Positions 1-15,000 of a DNA stretch of 64,000 nt are shown piece after piece. The stretch comes from the human T2T-CHM13v2.0 reference genome, Homo sapiens. The stretch lies in assembly GCF_009914755.1 (NCBI RefSeq), contig NC_060937.1; one strand, written 5' to 3'. The position numbers were made by a program, and so were the translations under genes. A model generated the notes under the pieces. That model did no database searches and was not told the origin of the DNA. It worked only from the letters and a program-made list of their open reading frames with translations. Position 1 is the first letter of the stretch. Each line of letters begins with the position of its first letter.

Positions 1-3000
1 CCATTCCATTCCACTGGATGCCATTCAGTTCGATTATATTCCATTCGACTCCATTCCATTCCATTCCACTCGATGCCATTCAGTTCGATTATATTCCATT
101 CAATTCCATTCCATTCCATTCTGTTCCATCTGATTCCATTCCATTCTATTTCTTTCCATTCCACTCCATTCTATTCCATTCGTTTCCATTCCATTCGAAT
201 CCATTCCACTCCAATCCATTCCATTCGACTCCATTCCATTCCAGGCCATTCCATTCGAGTCCATTCCATTCAAATCCATTCCACTCGAATCCATTCCATT
301 CGACTCCATTCCATTCCAGGCCATTCCATTCGAGTCCATTACATTCCATTTGATATCTTTCGATTATGCTCTATTCCATTCTATACCTTTCGATTCCATT
401 AAATTCCATTAAATTCAATGCCATTCCATTCGTTTCCATTCCATTTGAATCCATTCCCTTCGAGTCCATTCCATTCCATTCCATTCCATTAAATTCCATT
501 ACGTTCTATCTCAGTCCTTTTGATTCCATTTTGTTCCAGTCCATTCCACTCGATTCCATTCCATTGCATTCAATTCCTTTCCATTCGATTCCATTCCTGT
601 CATTTCCACTCCATTCCATTCCATTGAATTGCATTATATTCCATTCCATTGCATTCCATTACATTCCATTTGATTACATTCCATTCGAATCCATTCCATT
701 AGAATAAATTACTTTCCAATCCATTACATTTGAGTCCGTTCTATTCCATTCCATTCCATTCCGTTCCCTTCCATTCGATTTCATTCCTTAATATTGCCTT
801 CCTTTCTATTCCATTCTAATCGAGTAAATTTTTTTCGAGAACATTCTTTCGTGTCCATTCTATTTGAGTACATTCCATTAGAGTCCATTACATTTGGGTC
901 GATTCCATTCCATTCCATTCGATACCGTTCCATTGTATTCTATTCCATACGAGTCCATTCAATTCGAGTTGATTCCATTCCATTCCATGCCATTCACTTC
1001 CACTTGATGCCATTCCATTTGATTATATTCCATTTGACTCCATTCCATTCCATTCCATCCAATTCCATTCCTTTAAATTCCTTTGCATTCCATTCCGTTC
1101 CATTCCATTCCTTTCCATTCGTTTCCATTACATATGAGTCCATTCCACTCCAATCCATTCCATTCATGTCCATTCCATTCCAGTCCATTCCATTCGTGTC
1201 CATTACATTCCATTACATTCCATTCGATATCTTTCCATTACAATCCATTCCATTATATTCCCTTCAATTCCATTGAATTCCATTCTATTCGATTCCACTA
1301 CATTTGATTCCATTCCATTCGACTCCAATCCATTCGAGTCCATTCCATACCATTCTATTTCATTCCATTCCGTTTGATTCCTATCCATTCAATTCCATTT
1401 TGTTCCAGTCCATTCCATTCGTGTCCATTCCATTCCATTCCATTCCAATCGATATCTTTCCATTACACACAATTCCACTATATTCTTTTCGATTCCATTC
1501 AATTCCATTACATTTGATTCCATTACATTCGATTCCATTTGATTCGATTCCATTGCACTCGATTCCACTACATTCCTTTCCATTGCATTCTATTCTATTC
1601 AATTCGATTGCCTTCCATTCCATTCCATTAAATTACATTCCATTCAATTGCATTCCATTAGAATCAATTACTTTGCAATCCATTACATTCGAGTCCATTC
1701 TATTCCAGTCCATTTCATTCCATTCCATTCCTTTCTATTCCATTCCACACAATTCCATTCCATTCGATTCCATAGTATTCGAATAAATTCCATGAAAGAC
1801 CATTCCTTTCTACTCCATTCTATTCCATTCCATTCGAGTACATTCTATTTGATTAGATTCCATTCGACTCCATTCCACTCGATTCCACTCTGTTCCATTT
1901 CATTGCATTCCATTCTGTTCCATTTGATTGCGTTCCATTCCATTCTATTTGCTTACATTCCATTCGATTCCATTCCATTTGAAACAATTATATTGCACTC
2001 CACTACAATCGAATCAGTTCCATTCCAGTCCATTCCATTCCATTCCATTCCATTCCATTCCATTCCATTCAATTCCATTCCATTCGATTCCATTCCATAC
2101 TATTTTATTCCATTTGATTCCATTCTATTCTAATACATTCCATTTGAAACCATTCCTTTCGAGTCCATTCTCTTTGACTCCATTCCATTCGAGTCCATTC
2201 CTTTTGAGTCCATTCCATTCCATTCCACTGCATTCCATTCCATTTGATGCCATTGCATTCTATTATATTACATTCGAGTAGATTCCATTCAAGTCCATTC
2301 CTTTGCATTCCATTCCGTTCCATTCCATTGCATTCAATGCCATTCCATTAGATTCTATTCCATTCGACTCCATTACTTTCAATTCCGTTCCATCCTATTC
2401 CATTCCATTCTATTCTATTCCATTCCATCCCTTTCCTTTCAATTCGTTTCCATTCCATTTGAGTCCATTCCACTGCAGTCCATTCCATTCAAGTTCATTC
2501 TATTCCAGTCCATTCGAGTCTATTCTATTCCATTCCATTCCATTGGATATCTTTACATGACACTCTCATTCATTCTATTCCTTTTGAATCCATTCCATTC
2601 CATTCCATTCGGTTCCATTCCATTCGATTCCATTCCATTCCAGTCCATTGCATTGCATTCCATTCCATTCCATTCCGTTCCATTCGATTCCAATCCTTTT
2701 GTCTCCATTTTGTTTCAGTCCATTCCATTCCATTCCATTCCATTCCATTCCATTCCATTCTATTCTGTTACATTTGATCCTGTTCCTTTCGATTCCATTC
2801 CACTCGATTGCACTCTGTTCCATTTTATTGCATTCCGTTCAATTCCATTCCATTGCATACTTTCCATTCCATTTGATTACATTCCATTTGAATCCCTTCC
2901 ATTCAAATCAGTTGTATTACAATCAATGACATTCAAGTCCGTTCTATTCCAATTCATTCCATTCTGGTCAATTAAATTTGATTTCATTCCATTTGATTCC

Positions 3001-6000
3001 CTTCCATCCTATTGAATTCCTTTCGATTCCATTCTATTTGAATAAATTCCTTTTGAGATCATTCCTTTCGTGTTCATACTATTTGATTCCATTCCATTCG
3101 TGTCCATTAAATTTGGGTCCATTCCATTCCTTTCCATTCCCCTTGATGCCATTCCATTCTGTTGTAATTCATTCGAGTCAATTCCATTCGAGTCCATTCC
3201 ATTCCATTCGACGCCATTCCATATGATTCTATTCCATTCGAATCCATTCCTTTCCATTCCGTTCCATCTGATTCCATTCCATTCTATTGCTTTCCATTCC
3301 ATTCCATTCCTTTCCATTGCATTCGAGTCCATTCCACTCCAGTCTGTTCCATTTGAGTCCATTCCATTCCATTCCATTCCATTCCATTCCATTCCATTCC
3401 ATTCGAGTCCATTCGATTCCATTCGATATCATTCCATTTCACTCTATTCCATTCTATTCCTTTCAATTACATTCAATTCCATTCCATTCGTTTCCATTCC
3501 ATTCTATTACTTTCCATTCGACTCCATTCCTTTGGAGTCCAATCCATTTAATTCCATTCCATTACATTCCATTCCGTTTGATTCCAATCCGTTCAATTCC
3601 ATTTTGTTCCAGTCCATTCCATTCGATTCCATTCCATTCCCGTCCATTCCATTTGATTCCAGTCCTTTCGAGTCAATTCTATTCCATTCCATTCCATTGG
3701 ATATCTTTACATTACACTCCCTTTCATTCTATTCTTTCAATTCCATTCAATTCCATTCATTCGGTTCCATTCCATTCGACTCCATTCCATTCGAGTCCAT
3801 TCCATTCCATTCCATTCCATGCCATTCGATTCTAATAGGTTCGAATCCATTTTGCCCCAGTCCATTACATTCGAGTCCATTCCATTCGATTCCATTCAGT
3901 TCGATTCCATTCCATTCAATTCCATTCCACTCGATTCCACTCCTTTCCATTCCATTACATTCCATTCTATTCAATTCCATTGCATTCCATTCCATTTAAT
4001 TATTTTCCATTCGATTCCATTCCATTCGAATCAATTACATTACAGTCCATTACATTCAAGTCCATTCTATTCCAGTCCATTCCATTCCGGTCCATTCCAT
4101 TCGATGGAATTCCATTTGATTCCATTCCATTCTATTGCATTCCATTCGAGTACATTCAATTCGAATAAATTCCATTCTAGACCTTTCCTTTCGAGTCCAT
4201 TCTATTTCTGCATTGTATTCGAGTCCACTACATTTGGGTACATTCCATTCCACTCCGTTCCATTCTATTCCAATCCATTCCATTCCATTCCATTCCATTC
4301 GATGACATTCCATTCAATTGTATTTCTTTTGACTCCATTCCGTTCCATTCAGTTCCATCCAATTCCATTCCATTCTATTCCTTTCCGTTCCATTCCATTC
4401 CATTGCATCCCATTCCTTTCCATTTCATTCGAGTCCATTCCTCTCCAGTCCATTCCATTCGAATCCATTCCATTCCAGTCCATTCCATTGGAGTCCATTC
4501 CATTCAATTGCATTCAATATATTTCCATTACACTCCAATCCATTTTATTTCTTTTGATTCCATTCAATTCTATTCCATTCAATTCCATTCCATGTGATTC
4601 CATTCCATTCGAATCTATTGCATTCAATTCTTTTCAATTCGATTCCATTCCACTCGATTGCACTCCGTTCCATTCCATTGCATTCCATTCTATTTCATTC
4701 AATTGCATTCCATTCCTTACCATTTGATTACATTCCATTTGATTCCATTCAACTCGAATCAATTATATTGCAATCCGTTACATTCGAGTACTTTCTATAC
4801 CAGTCCATACCATTCCACTCCAATACATTCGATTCCATTCCATTTGATTCCAATGTATACTATTTCATTCCATTCCAAAATATTGCATTCCTTTCCATTC
4901 CATTCTATTCGAATAAATTCCTTTCGAGACCATTCCATTCGGGTCCATTCTATTTGATTCCATTCCTTTCGAGTCCATTACATTTGCATCCATTCCATTC
5001 CATTGCATTCCACTTGATGCTATTCCATTCTGTTCTATTTCATTCGAGTCCATTGCATTTGAGTCCGTTCCACTCCATTCCATTCCATTCCATTCGACTT
5101 CATTCCATTAGATTCTACTCCATTCGAATCCATTCCTTTCCATTCCGTTCCATCCGATTCCATTCCATTCTATTCCGTTCCATTCCATTCCATGCCATTT
5201 GTTTCCATTCCATTCGAATCCATTCCACTCAAGTCCATTCCATTCGAGTCCATTCCAATTCAGTGCATTCCATTCGATTCCATTCCATTCCATTCCATTC
5301 AGTTCCATCCAATTCCATTTCATTCTGCTCCTTTCCATTCCATTCCAGTCGTTTCCATTCATTCGAGTCAATTGCCCTCCAGTCCATTGCATTGGAATCC
5401 ATTCCATTCGAGTCCATTGCATTCGAGTCCATTCCATTCAAGTCCATTCCATTCCATTCCATTCCATTCCATTCCACACGATATCATTGCATTGCCCTCC
5501 ATTCCATTCCACACGATATCTGTGCATTGCACTCTATTCCATTCCATTCCATTCCATTCAATTGTATTCCATTCGATTCCATTCCATTTGATTCCATTTC
5601 ATTATACTCCATTCCATTCGAGTCTATTACCTTCCATTCCATTAAATTCCATTTCTTTCCATTCGATTGCACTGAGTTCTATTCCATTTTGTCCCAACTC
5701 CATTCCACTCGGTTCTATTCCATTCGAATACATTCCATTCCATTCCATTCCATTCCATTCCATTCCATTCCATTCCTCTCGATTCCACTCTGTGGCAGTC
5801 CTTTGCTGTCCATTCTATTCCATTCCATTGTTTTCCATTCCATTCCTTTTGATTACATTCCATTCGATTCCATTCCATATGAATCAATTACATTGCAATC
5901 CATTGCATTAGATTCCATTCTATTACAGTCCATTAAATTCTGTTCCATTCCACTCCATTCCAATACATTCGATTCCATTCCATTCGGTTCTATTCCATTC

Positions 6001-9000
6001 GACTCCATTCCATTCCATTCCATCCGATTCCATTCCATTCTATTCCTTTCCATTCCTTTCCATTCTATTCCATTTGTTTCCATTCCGTTTGAGTCCATTC
6101 CACTCCAACGCATTCCATTCAAGTCCTTTCCATTCCATTCTATTCCATTCCACTCTATTTGATTCACTTCCACTCAATTCTACTCCGCTCCATTCCCTTG
6201 CATTGCATTCCATTCCATTCCTTTCCATTTCATTTGATTACATTCCATTCAATTCCTTTCCATTCAAATCAATTACTTTACAATCAATTATATTTGTGTC
6301 CGTTCTAATCCATTCCATTCATTTCCAGTCCATTCCATTCGATTCCATTCAATTCGATTCCATTCCGTACTATTGCATTCTGTTCGATTCCATTCTACTT
6401 GAATAAATTCCATTGGAGACCATTCCTATCTAGTCCATTCCATCTGAGTCCATTCCATTCGAGTCCATTACTTTTGTGACCATTCCAATATATTCCATTA
6501 AATTCCATTCGATTCTATTCCATGCGAGTCCATTCCATTCGAGTCCATTGCATTCCATTCCATTTGGTGCCATTCCATTCTAATCTATTCCTTTCAACTC
6601 CATTAAACTCCATTCCGTTCCACCTGACTCCAATCCATTCTATTTCTTTCCGTTCCATTCCATTCCTTTTCATTCCATTCCATTAGAGTCCATTCCACTC
6701 CAGCCTACTCCATTTGAGTCCATTCCACCCCAGTCCATTCCATTCGATTCCAATCCTTTCAAGTCTATTCCATTCCATTCCATTCCATTCAATATCTTTC
6801 TATTACACTCCATTCCTTTCTACTCCTTTTGATTACATTCAATTCCATTCCATTTGTTTCCATTCCATTCTATTCCATTCCTATCGACTCCATTCCATTC
6901 GAGTTCGTTGCATTCTATTCAATTCCCTTACATTCAATGCCACAGCATTCAATTCCATTTTGTTACAGTCCATTCTATTCGAGTCCATTCCATTCCATAT
7001 CATTCGATGCCATTCCATTCGATTCTATTCCATTCGACTCCCTTCCCTTCCTTTCCATTCCATCTGATTCCATTCCATTCTATTCCTTTCCATTCAGTTC
7101 CATTGCATTACATTCAATTGCATTCCTTTCCATTTCATTCGTTTGTATTCCATTCGTCGCCATTCCATTCCATTCCATTCCAACCGATTCCACTACATTC
7201 TACACTTTTCCGTTCAATTCCATTCCATTTCATTCCGTTCATTTCTGTTCCATTCGATTCCACTCCACTCCAGTCCATTCCATTCGAGTCCATTCCATTC
7301 GAGTCCAATCCATTCCTTTCCATTCGATATCTATCCATTACACTCCATTCCATTCAAATCATTTTGATTCCATTCAATTCCAATCCACTCGATTCCATTT
7401 CATTCGATTCCATTCCATTCGACTCCATTCCATTCGATTCCAATCCATTCGATTTCATTCCATTACGTTCGATTCCAATCCTTTCCTTCCCATTTTGTTG
7501 AAGTCCATTCCATTCGAGTCCCTTCCCTTCGAGTCCATTCATTTCGATTCCATTCCATTCGATTCCATTCCACTCATTTCCACTCCATTCCATTCCATTG
7601 CATTCCATTCTATTCCATTCCACTGCATTCCATTCCATTCCATTTGATTACATTCCATTCAATTCCATTCCATTCGAATCAATTACCTTACAATCCATTA
7701 CATTCCAGTCTGTTCTATTCTAGTCCATTCCATTCCGGTGCATTACATTCAAATCCATTCCATTCGATTCCATTCCATTTGTTTCCATTCCATACTATTG
7801 AATTCCATTCGATTCCATTATTTTCGAATAAATTTCATTCGAGACCATTACTTTCAAGTGCGTTCTATTTGATTCCATTGCATTACAGTCCATTATGTTT
7901 GGTCCATTCCATTCCATTCCATTCGATGCCATTCCATTCTAGTCCATTCCATTCCTGTCCATTCCATTCGAGCAGATTCCATTCTATTCCAATCCATTCG
8001 ATGCCATTTAATTCCATTCTATTCCATTCGACTCCGTTCCATACCATTCCATTCCATCCGATTTCATTCCATTCTATTCCTTTCCATTCCATTCCATTCC
8101 ATTTGATGCCATTCCAAATGATTCTATTCCATTCGAGTCCATTCCACTCGTGTCCAATCCATTCCATTGCATTCCATTCCAATCCATTTGATGCGATTTA
8201 ATTCCATTCTATTCCTCTCGACTCCGTTCCACTCCATTCCGTTCCATCCGTTTGCATTCCATTCTATTCCATTCCATTCCATTTGTTTCCATTCCATTCG
8301 AGTCCTTTCCATTTTATTCCATTCCATTCGATATCATTCCATTACACCAAATTCCATTCTATTCATTTTGATTTCATTCAATTCCATTTCATTTGATTCC
8401 ATTCCATTCGGTTCCAATCCATTCGACTTCATTTGATTCAAGTCCATTCCATTCCAATCCATCCCTTTACATTCCACTGGATTCCAATCCGTTTGATTCC
8501 ATTTTGTTCCAGTCCATTCCATTGCAGTCCATTCCACTCCATTCCTTTCCATTCGATGGCATTCCATTTGATTCCATTCCACTTAATTCCACTCCATTCC
8601 ATTCCATTGCATTCCATTATATTCCATTCCATTGCTTACCATTCCATTCAATTTGATAATCTTAAATTCGATTCCATTCCATACAAATCAATTACGTTGC
8701 AATCCAATACATTCGAGTCCATTCTATTCCAGTCCATTTCATTCCTGTCCATTCCATTCGATTCTATTCCATTTGATTCCATTCCATGCATTTGCATTCC
8801 ATTCGATTCCATTCTGTTCAAATAAATTCCATTCGAGACCATTCTTTTTGAGTCCAATCTATTTAAGTCCATTCCATTCGAGTCCATTATATTTGGGTAC
8901 ATTCCATTCCATTCCATTCCATTGCATTCCATTTCACTCGATGTCATTCCATTCGATTCTATTCCATTCTTCTCTATTCCATTCTATTTTGTTCAATTTG

Positions 9001-12000
9001 ATTCCATTACATTCTAGTCCTTTCCATTCTATTGTTTCCATTCCTTTCGTTTCCATTCTATTCGAGTCCATTCCATTCAGGTCCATTCCTTTCCATTCCA
9101 TTTGATGCCATTCCAATCGATTCTATTGCATTCGACTCCATTCCATTCCATTTCTTTCCATCCGATTCCTTTACTTTCTATTCCTTTCCATTTCATTCCA
9201 TTCCATTCTATTCCATTCCAGTCCATTCCATTCGAGTCCCTTCCATTGCATTCCATTCCACTCGATATCTTTCCATTACACCCAATTCCATTCTATTCCT
9301 TTCGATTCCATTCCATTCCGTTCCATTCCAATCCATTCCATTCGGTTCTATTCCATTTGACTCCATTCCTTTCGAGTCCGTTGCATTCCATTCAATCCCA
9401 TTCTGTTAAATTCGATTCCAATCCTTTCGATTCCATTTTGTTGCAGTACATTGCATTCGAGTCCATTCCATTCCATTCCCTTCCATACCATTCGATGCCA
9501 TTCCATTTGATTCTATTCCATTCGACTCCATTGAATTCCATTCAGTTCAATACGATTCCATTACATTCTATTCCTTTGCATTAAATTCCATTCCATTCCA
9601 TTCCATTCCATTCCATTCCATTCGTTTCCATTCCTGTTGAGTCCATTCCAATCGAGTCCATTCCATTCCCGTCCATTCCATTCGATTCTATTCCATTCGA
9701 TACCATTCTATAGTTTGCATTCCATTCGATTCCATTCTGTTCAAATAAATTCCATTCGAGACCATTCCTTTAGTGTCCATTCTATTTGGGTCCATTCCAT
9801 TCGAGTCCATTACATTTGTGTCCATTCCATTCTATTCCTTTCTCTTTGATTCCAATCCATTTGATTCCATTTTTTTCCAGTCCATTCAATTCGAGTTCAT
9901 TCCATTCCAGTCCATTCGATGACCTTGCAATCGATTCTATTCCATTCTGCTCCATTCCATTCCATTCCGTTCCAACCGATTCCATTTCATTCTATTCCTT
10001 TCCATTCCATTCCATTCCATTCCATTCCATTCCAATTGCTTCCATTGCATTCGATTCCAATCCACTCCAGTCCATTCCCTTCAAGTCCATTCCATTCCAG
10101 TCCATTCCTTTCGAGTCCATTCCAAGCAATTCCATTCGATGTTTTTCCATTACACTCCTTTCCATTCTCTATCTTTAGATTCCATTCAGTTCCATTCCAT
10201 TCAATTCAACTGCAGTCAATTAAATTCCATTTGACACCATTCCATTCGAGTTCATTCCACTCCAGTCCATTCCATTCGAGTCCATTCCCTTCCATTCCAT
10301 TCTATTTGATAGCTTTCTATTACACTCCATTCCATTCTATTGCTTTGGATTCCATTCAATTCCATTCCATTCGATTCCATTCCATTTGACTCCATTCCAT
10401 TCGAGTCCATTACAATCCATTCCATTCCATTCCATTCCAACGCTTTCGACTCCATTTTTTCCCGTCCATTACCTTCAATTCCATTCCATTTGATTCCATT
10501 CTACTCGATTCCTCTCCGTTCCATTCCAATGCATTGCATTCTATTCCATTGCATAGCATTCCATTCCATTCCATTTGATTACATTCCATTCTATTCCATT
10601 CCATTCATATCAATTACATTGCATTCCGTTAATTTGCAGTCCGTTCTATTCCATTCCATTCCATTCTGGTCCATTCCATTCAATTCCATTCCATTCGATT
10701 CCGTTCCATACTACTGCATTCCATTCAATTACATTCTATTTGATTATATTCCATTCGAGACCATTCCATTCGAGTCCATTCTATTTGAGTACATTCCATT
10801 TGAGTCCATTATATTTGGGTCCATTCCTTTCCATGCCATTCCATTCCACTCGATTCCATTCCATTCGATTATATTCAATTCGAGTCCATTCCACTCGAAT
10901 TCATTCCATTCCATTCCATTCCATTCCATTCCATTCCAGTCCATTCCGTTTGATGCCATTCCATTCGACTCCATTCCAGTCGAAGCCACTCCTGTCCACT
11001 CCATTCAATTCCATTCCTTTCTATTCCAATCCGTTTGATTCCATTTTGTGCCAGTCCATTCTATTGAAGTCCATTCAATTCCAGTCCGTTCCATTCGATT
11101 CCATTCCATTTGATTCCATTCCACTCAATTCCACTCTGTTACATTCCATTGCATTCCATTCTATTCCATTCCATTGCATTCCATTCCATTCTATTTGATT
11201 ACATTGCATTCGATTCCATTCCATTCGATTCCATTCCATTCCAATCAATTATATGGCAATCCATTACATTCGAGTCCATTCTATTCTATTCCATTCCATT
11301 CCAGTCCATTCCATTCGATTACATTCCAGTCGATTCAATTCCATACTATTGCATTTCATTCGATTCCATTCTATTTGAATAAATTCCATTAGTGACCATT
11401 CCATTTGAGTCCATTCTATTTGATTCAATTCCATTCGAGCCCATTACATTTCAGTCCAATCCATTCCATTCCTCTCCTTTCCAATACATTCGATGCCACT
11501 CCATTCAATTCTATTCCATTTGAGTCCATTACCTTCGAGTCCATTCCATTCCATTGCATTCCATTCGATGCCATTCTACTCGATTCTATTCCATTTAACT
11601 CCAATTCTTTCCATTCCGTTCCATCCGATTCCTTTCTCTTCTATTCCTTTCCATTCTATTCAATTCCATTCCATTCATTATATTTCCATTACACTCCATT
11701 CCATTCTATTCCTTTTGATTCTATTCAATTCCATTCCATTCGATTCCATTCCACTTGGTTCCATTCCATTCCACTCCATTCCACTCCATTCCATTCGTTA
11801 TATTTCCATCACACTCCTTTCCATTCTATTCCTTTCTATTCCATTCAATTCCATTCCATTCGATTCCATTCCATTCGGTTCCATTCCATTCGACTCCAAT
11901 CCATTCGACTCCGTTCCATTCCAATCCGTTCCGTTCATTTCGATTCCAATCCGCTCCATTACATTTTGTTCCAGTCCATTACATTCCAGTACATTCCATT

Positions 12001-15000
12001 CGATTCCATTCCATTCATTTGCATTCCATTCAATTCCATTCCACTCAATTCCACTCCGTTCCACTCCATTACATTCCATTCTATTCCATTCCATTGCACT
12101 CCATTCCATTCCATTTGATTACATTCCATTCGATTCCATTCCATTCGAATCAATTACATTGCAGTCCATTACATTCATGCCCTTTCTATTAAAGTCCAGT
12201 CCATTATGGTCCATTCCATTCCATTCTATTCCATTCCATTCGAATCAATTACTTTGCAATCCATCACATTCGAGTACGTTCTGTTCCAGTCCATTCAATT
12301 CTGGTCTATTCCATTCAATTCCACTCCATTTGATTCCATTCCATTCTAGTACATTCCGCTGGATTCCATCCTATTCAAATAAGTTCCATTCGAGACCATT
12401 TCTTCGAGTCAAATCAATTTGAGTCCATTCCATTCAAGTCCATTACATCTGGGTCTATTCCATTCCATTCCATTCCATTCCATTCGATGCCATTCAATTT
12501 GATTCATTTCCTTTCAACTCCATTCCATTCCATTCAGTTCCATCCGATTCCATTCCATTGTATTCCTTTCCATTTCATTGCATTCCATTCCATTCCACTG
12601 GAGACCATTCCACTCAAGTGCATTTCATTTGAGTCTATTCCATTCCATTCCATTCCATTCGATATCTTTCCATTACACTTCATTCCATTCTATTCCTTTA
12701 CAATCCATTCAATTCCATTCTATTTGATTCCATTCAATACAATTCCATTACATTCGACTCCATTTCATTCGAGTCCATTGCATTCCATTCCATTCCATTC
12801 CTTTATGTTCTATTCCATTCCATTCGATTCCGTTTTGTTCCAGTCCATTCCACTCGAGTCCATTGCATTACAGTGCAAACCATTTGATTCCATTCCATTC
12901 GATTCTATTCCACTCCGTTCCATTCCTTTGCGTTCCTTTCTATTCCATTCAATTGCATTCCATTCCATTCCATTTGATTACATTCCATTGAATTCCAATC
13001 CATTTGAATCAATTACATTGCAGTCCATTACATTCGAGTTTGTTCTATTCCAGTCCATTCCACTCTGGTGCATTCCATTCGATTCCATTCCATTTGATAC
13101 CATTCCATACTATTGCATTCCATTCGATTCCATTCCATTCGATACCATTCCATACTATTGCATTCCTTTCGATTCCATTCTTTTCGAATAAATTCCATTC
13201 GAGACCATTCCTTTCGTGTCCATTCTATTTGACTCCATTCTATTCAAGTCCATTAAATTTGTGCACATACCATTCCATTCCATTCGGTGCCATTCCAGTC
13301 CACTCTATTCCATTCAAGTCCATTACATTCGAATCCATTCCATTCCATTCGATGCCATTCGATTCGATTCTATTCCATTCGACTCCATTCCATTCCATTC
13401 CCTTCCAAACGGTTCCATTCCATTCTATTACTTTCCATTCCATTTCATTCCATTCCATTCCATTCCATTCCATTCCATTCCATTCCATTTCGTTCCGTTC
13501 CTTTCTGTTCCGTTCCGTTTTGTTCCATTCCATTCCATTCCATTCCATTCCATTCCATTCCATTCCATTTCATTCCATTCCATTCCATTTGCTTCCATTC
13601 CATTAGAGTCCATTCCACTCCAGTCCATTCCATTCGTGTCCATTCCATTCGTGTCCACTGCATTCCATTCCACTCCATTCCATATTATTCCATTACACTC
13701 CATTCTATTCTGTTACTTTCATTTCCATTCAATTCCATTCCATTTGATTCCATCCCACTCGGTTTCATTCCATTCGACTCCATTCCATTTGAGTCCATTC
13801 CATTCCATTCCATACAGTTCCATTCCATTTGAGTCCATTCCATTCCATTCCATACAGTTCCATTCCATTCCGTTCCATTCCATTCCATTCCATTCCATTA
13901 TGTTCCATTCCATTCCATTCCATTCCATTCCATTCCATTCCATTCGCTTCCATTCCATTTTGTTCCATTCCATTTTGTTCCGTTCCATTCCATTCGAATC
14001 CATTCCATTCCATTCCATTCCATTTCATTCCATTCGACTGCATTCCATTCGAATCCATTCCATTCCATTCCATTCCATTTCATTCCATTCGACTGCATTC
14101 CATTCGAATCAATTGTTTTGCAATCCCTTACATTCAAGTCTGTTCTATTCCAGGCCATTACATTCTGGTCCATTCCATTCGATTCCATTCCATTTGATTC
14201 CATTCCATTCTATTGCATTCCATTCGATTCCATTCTATTCGAATAAATTCCATTCGAGACCATTTCTTTCGAGTCCATTCCATTCGAGTCCATTACATTT
14301 GGGTCTATTCCGTTCCGTTCCATTCCATTCCAATCCATTCAATGTCATTCCATGTGATTCTATTCCATTAGACTCCATTCCATTTCATTCCATTCCATCC
14401 GATTCCATTCCATTCTATTCCTTTCCATTCCATTCCATTCCATTCGTTTACAATCCATTTGAGCCCATTCAACTCCAGTGCCTTTCATTTGAGTCCATTC
14501 CATTGCATTCCATTCCATTCCACTCCATTCCATTCCATTCCAATTGATTCGATTCCCTTCCACTCAATTCCACTCCATTTCATTCCATTGCATTCCATTC
14601 CATTCCATTCCATTCCATTCCATTCCATTCCATTCCATTCCTTTCCATTCCATTTGATTACATTCGATTCAAGTCCATTCTATTCGAATCTGTTACTTTT
14701 CAATCGATTATATTTGAGTCCGTTCTAATCCAGTCCATTCCATTCTGGTACGTTCCTTTTGATTGCATTCCATTCGAATACATTCCATACTATTGCATTC
14801 CATTCGATTCCATTGTATTAGAATAAATTGCGTTCGAGACCTACCTTTCAAGTCCATTCTTTTTCAGCCCATTCCATTCAATTCCATTACATTTGGGTCC
14901 ATTCCATTCCATTCCATTGCATTCGATGCTATTCCATTCGAATCTATTACTTTCGTGTATATTCCATTCCATTCCATTCCATTCCATTCCATTCTGTATT

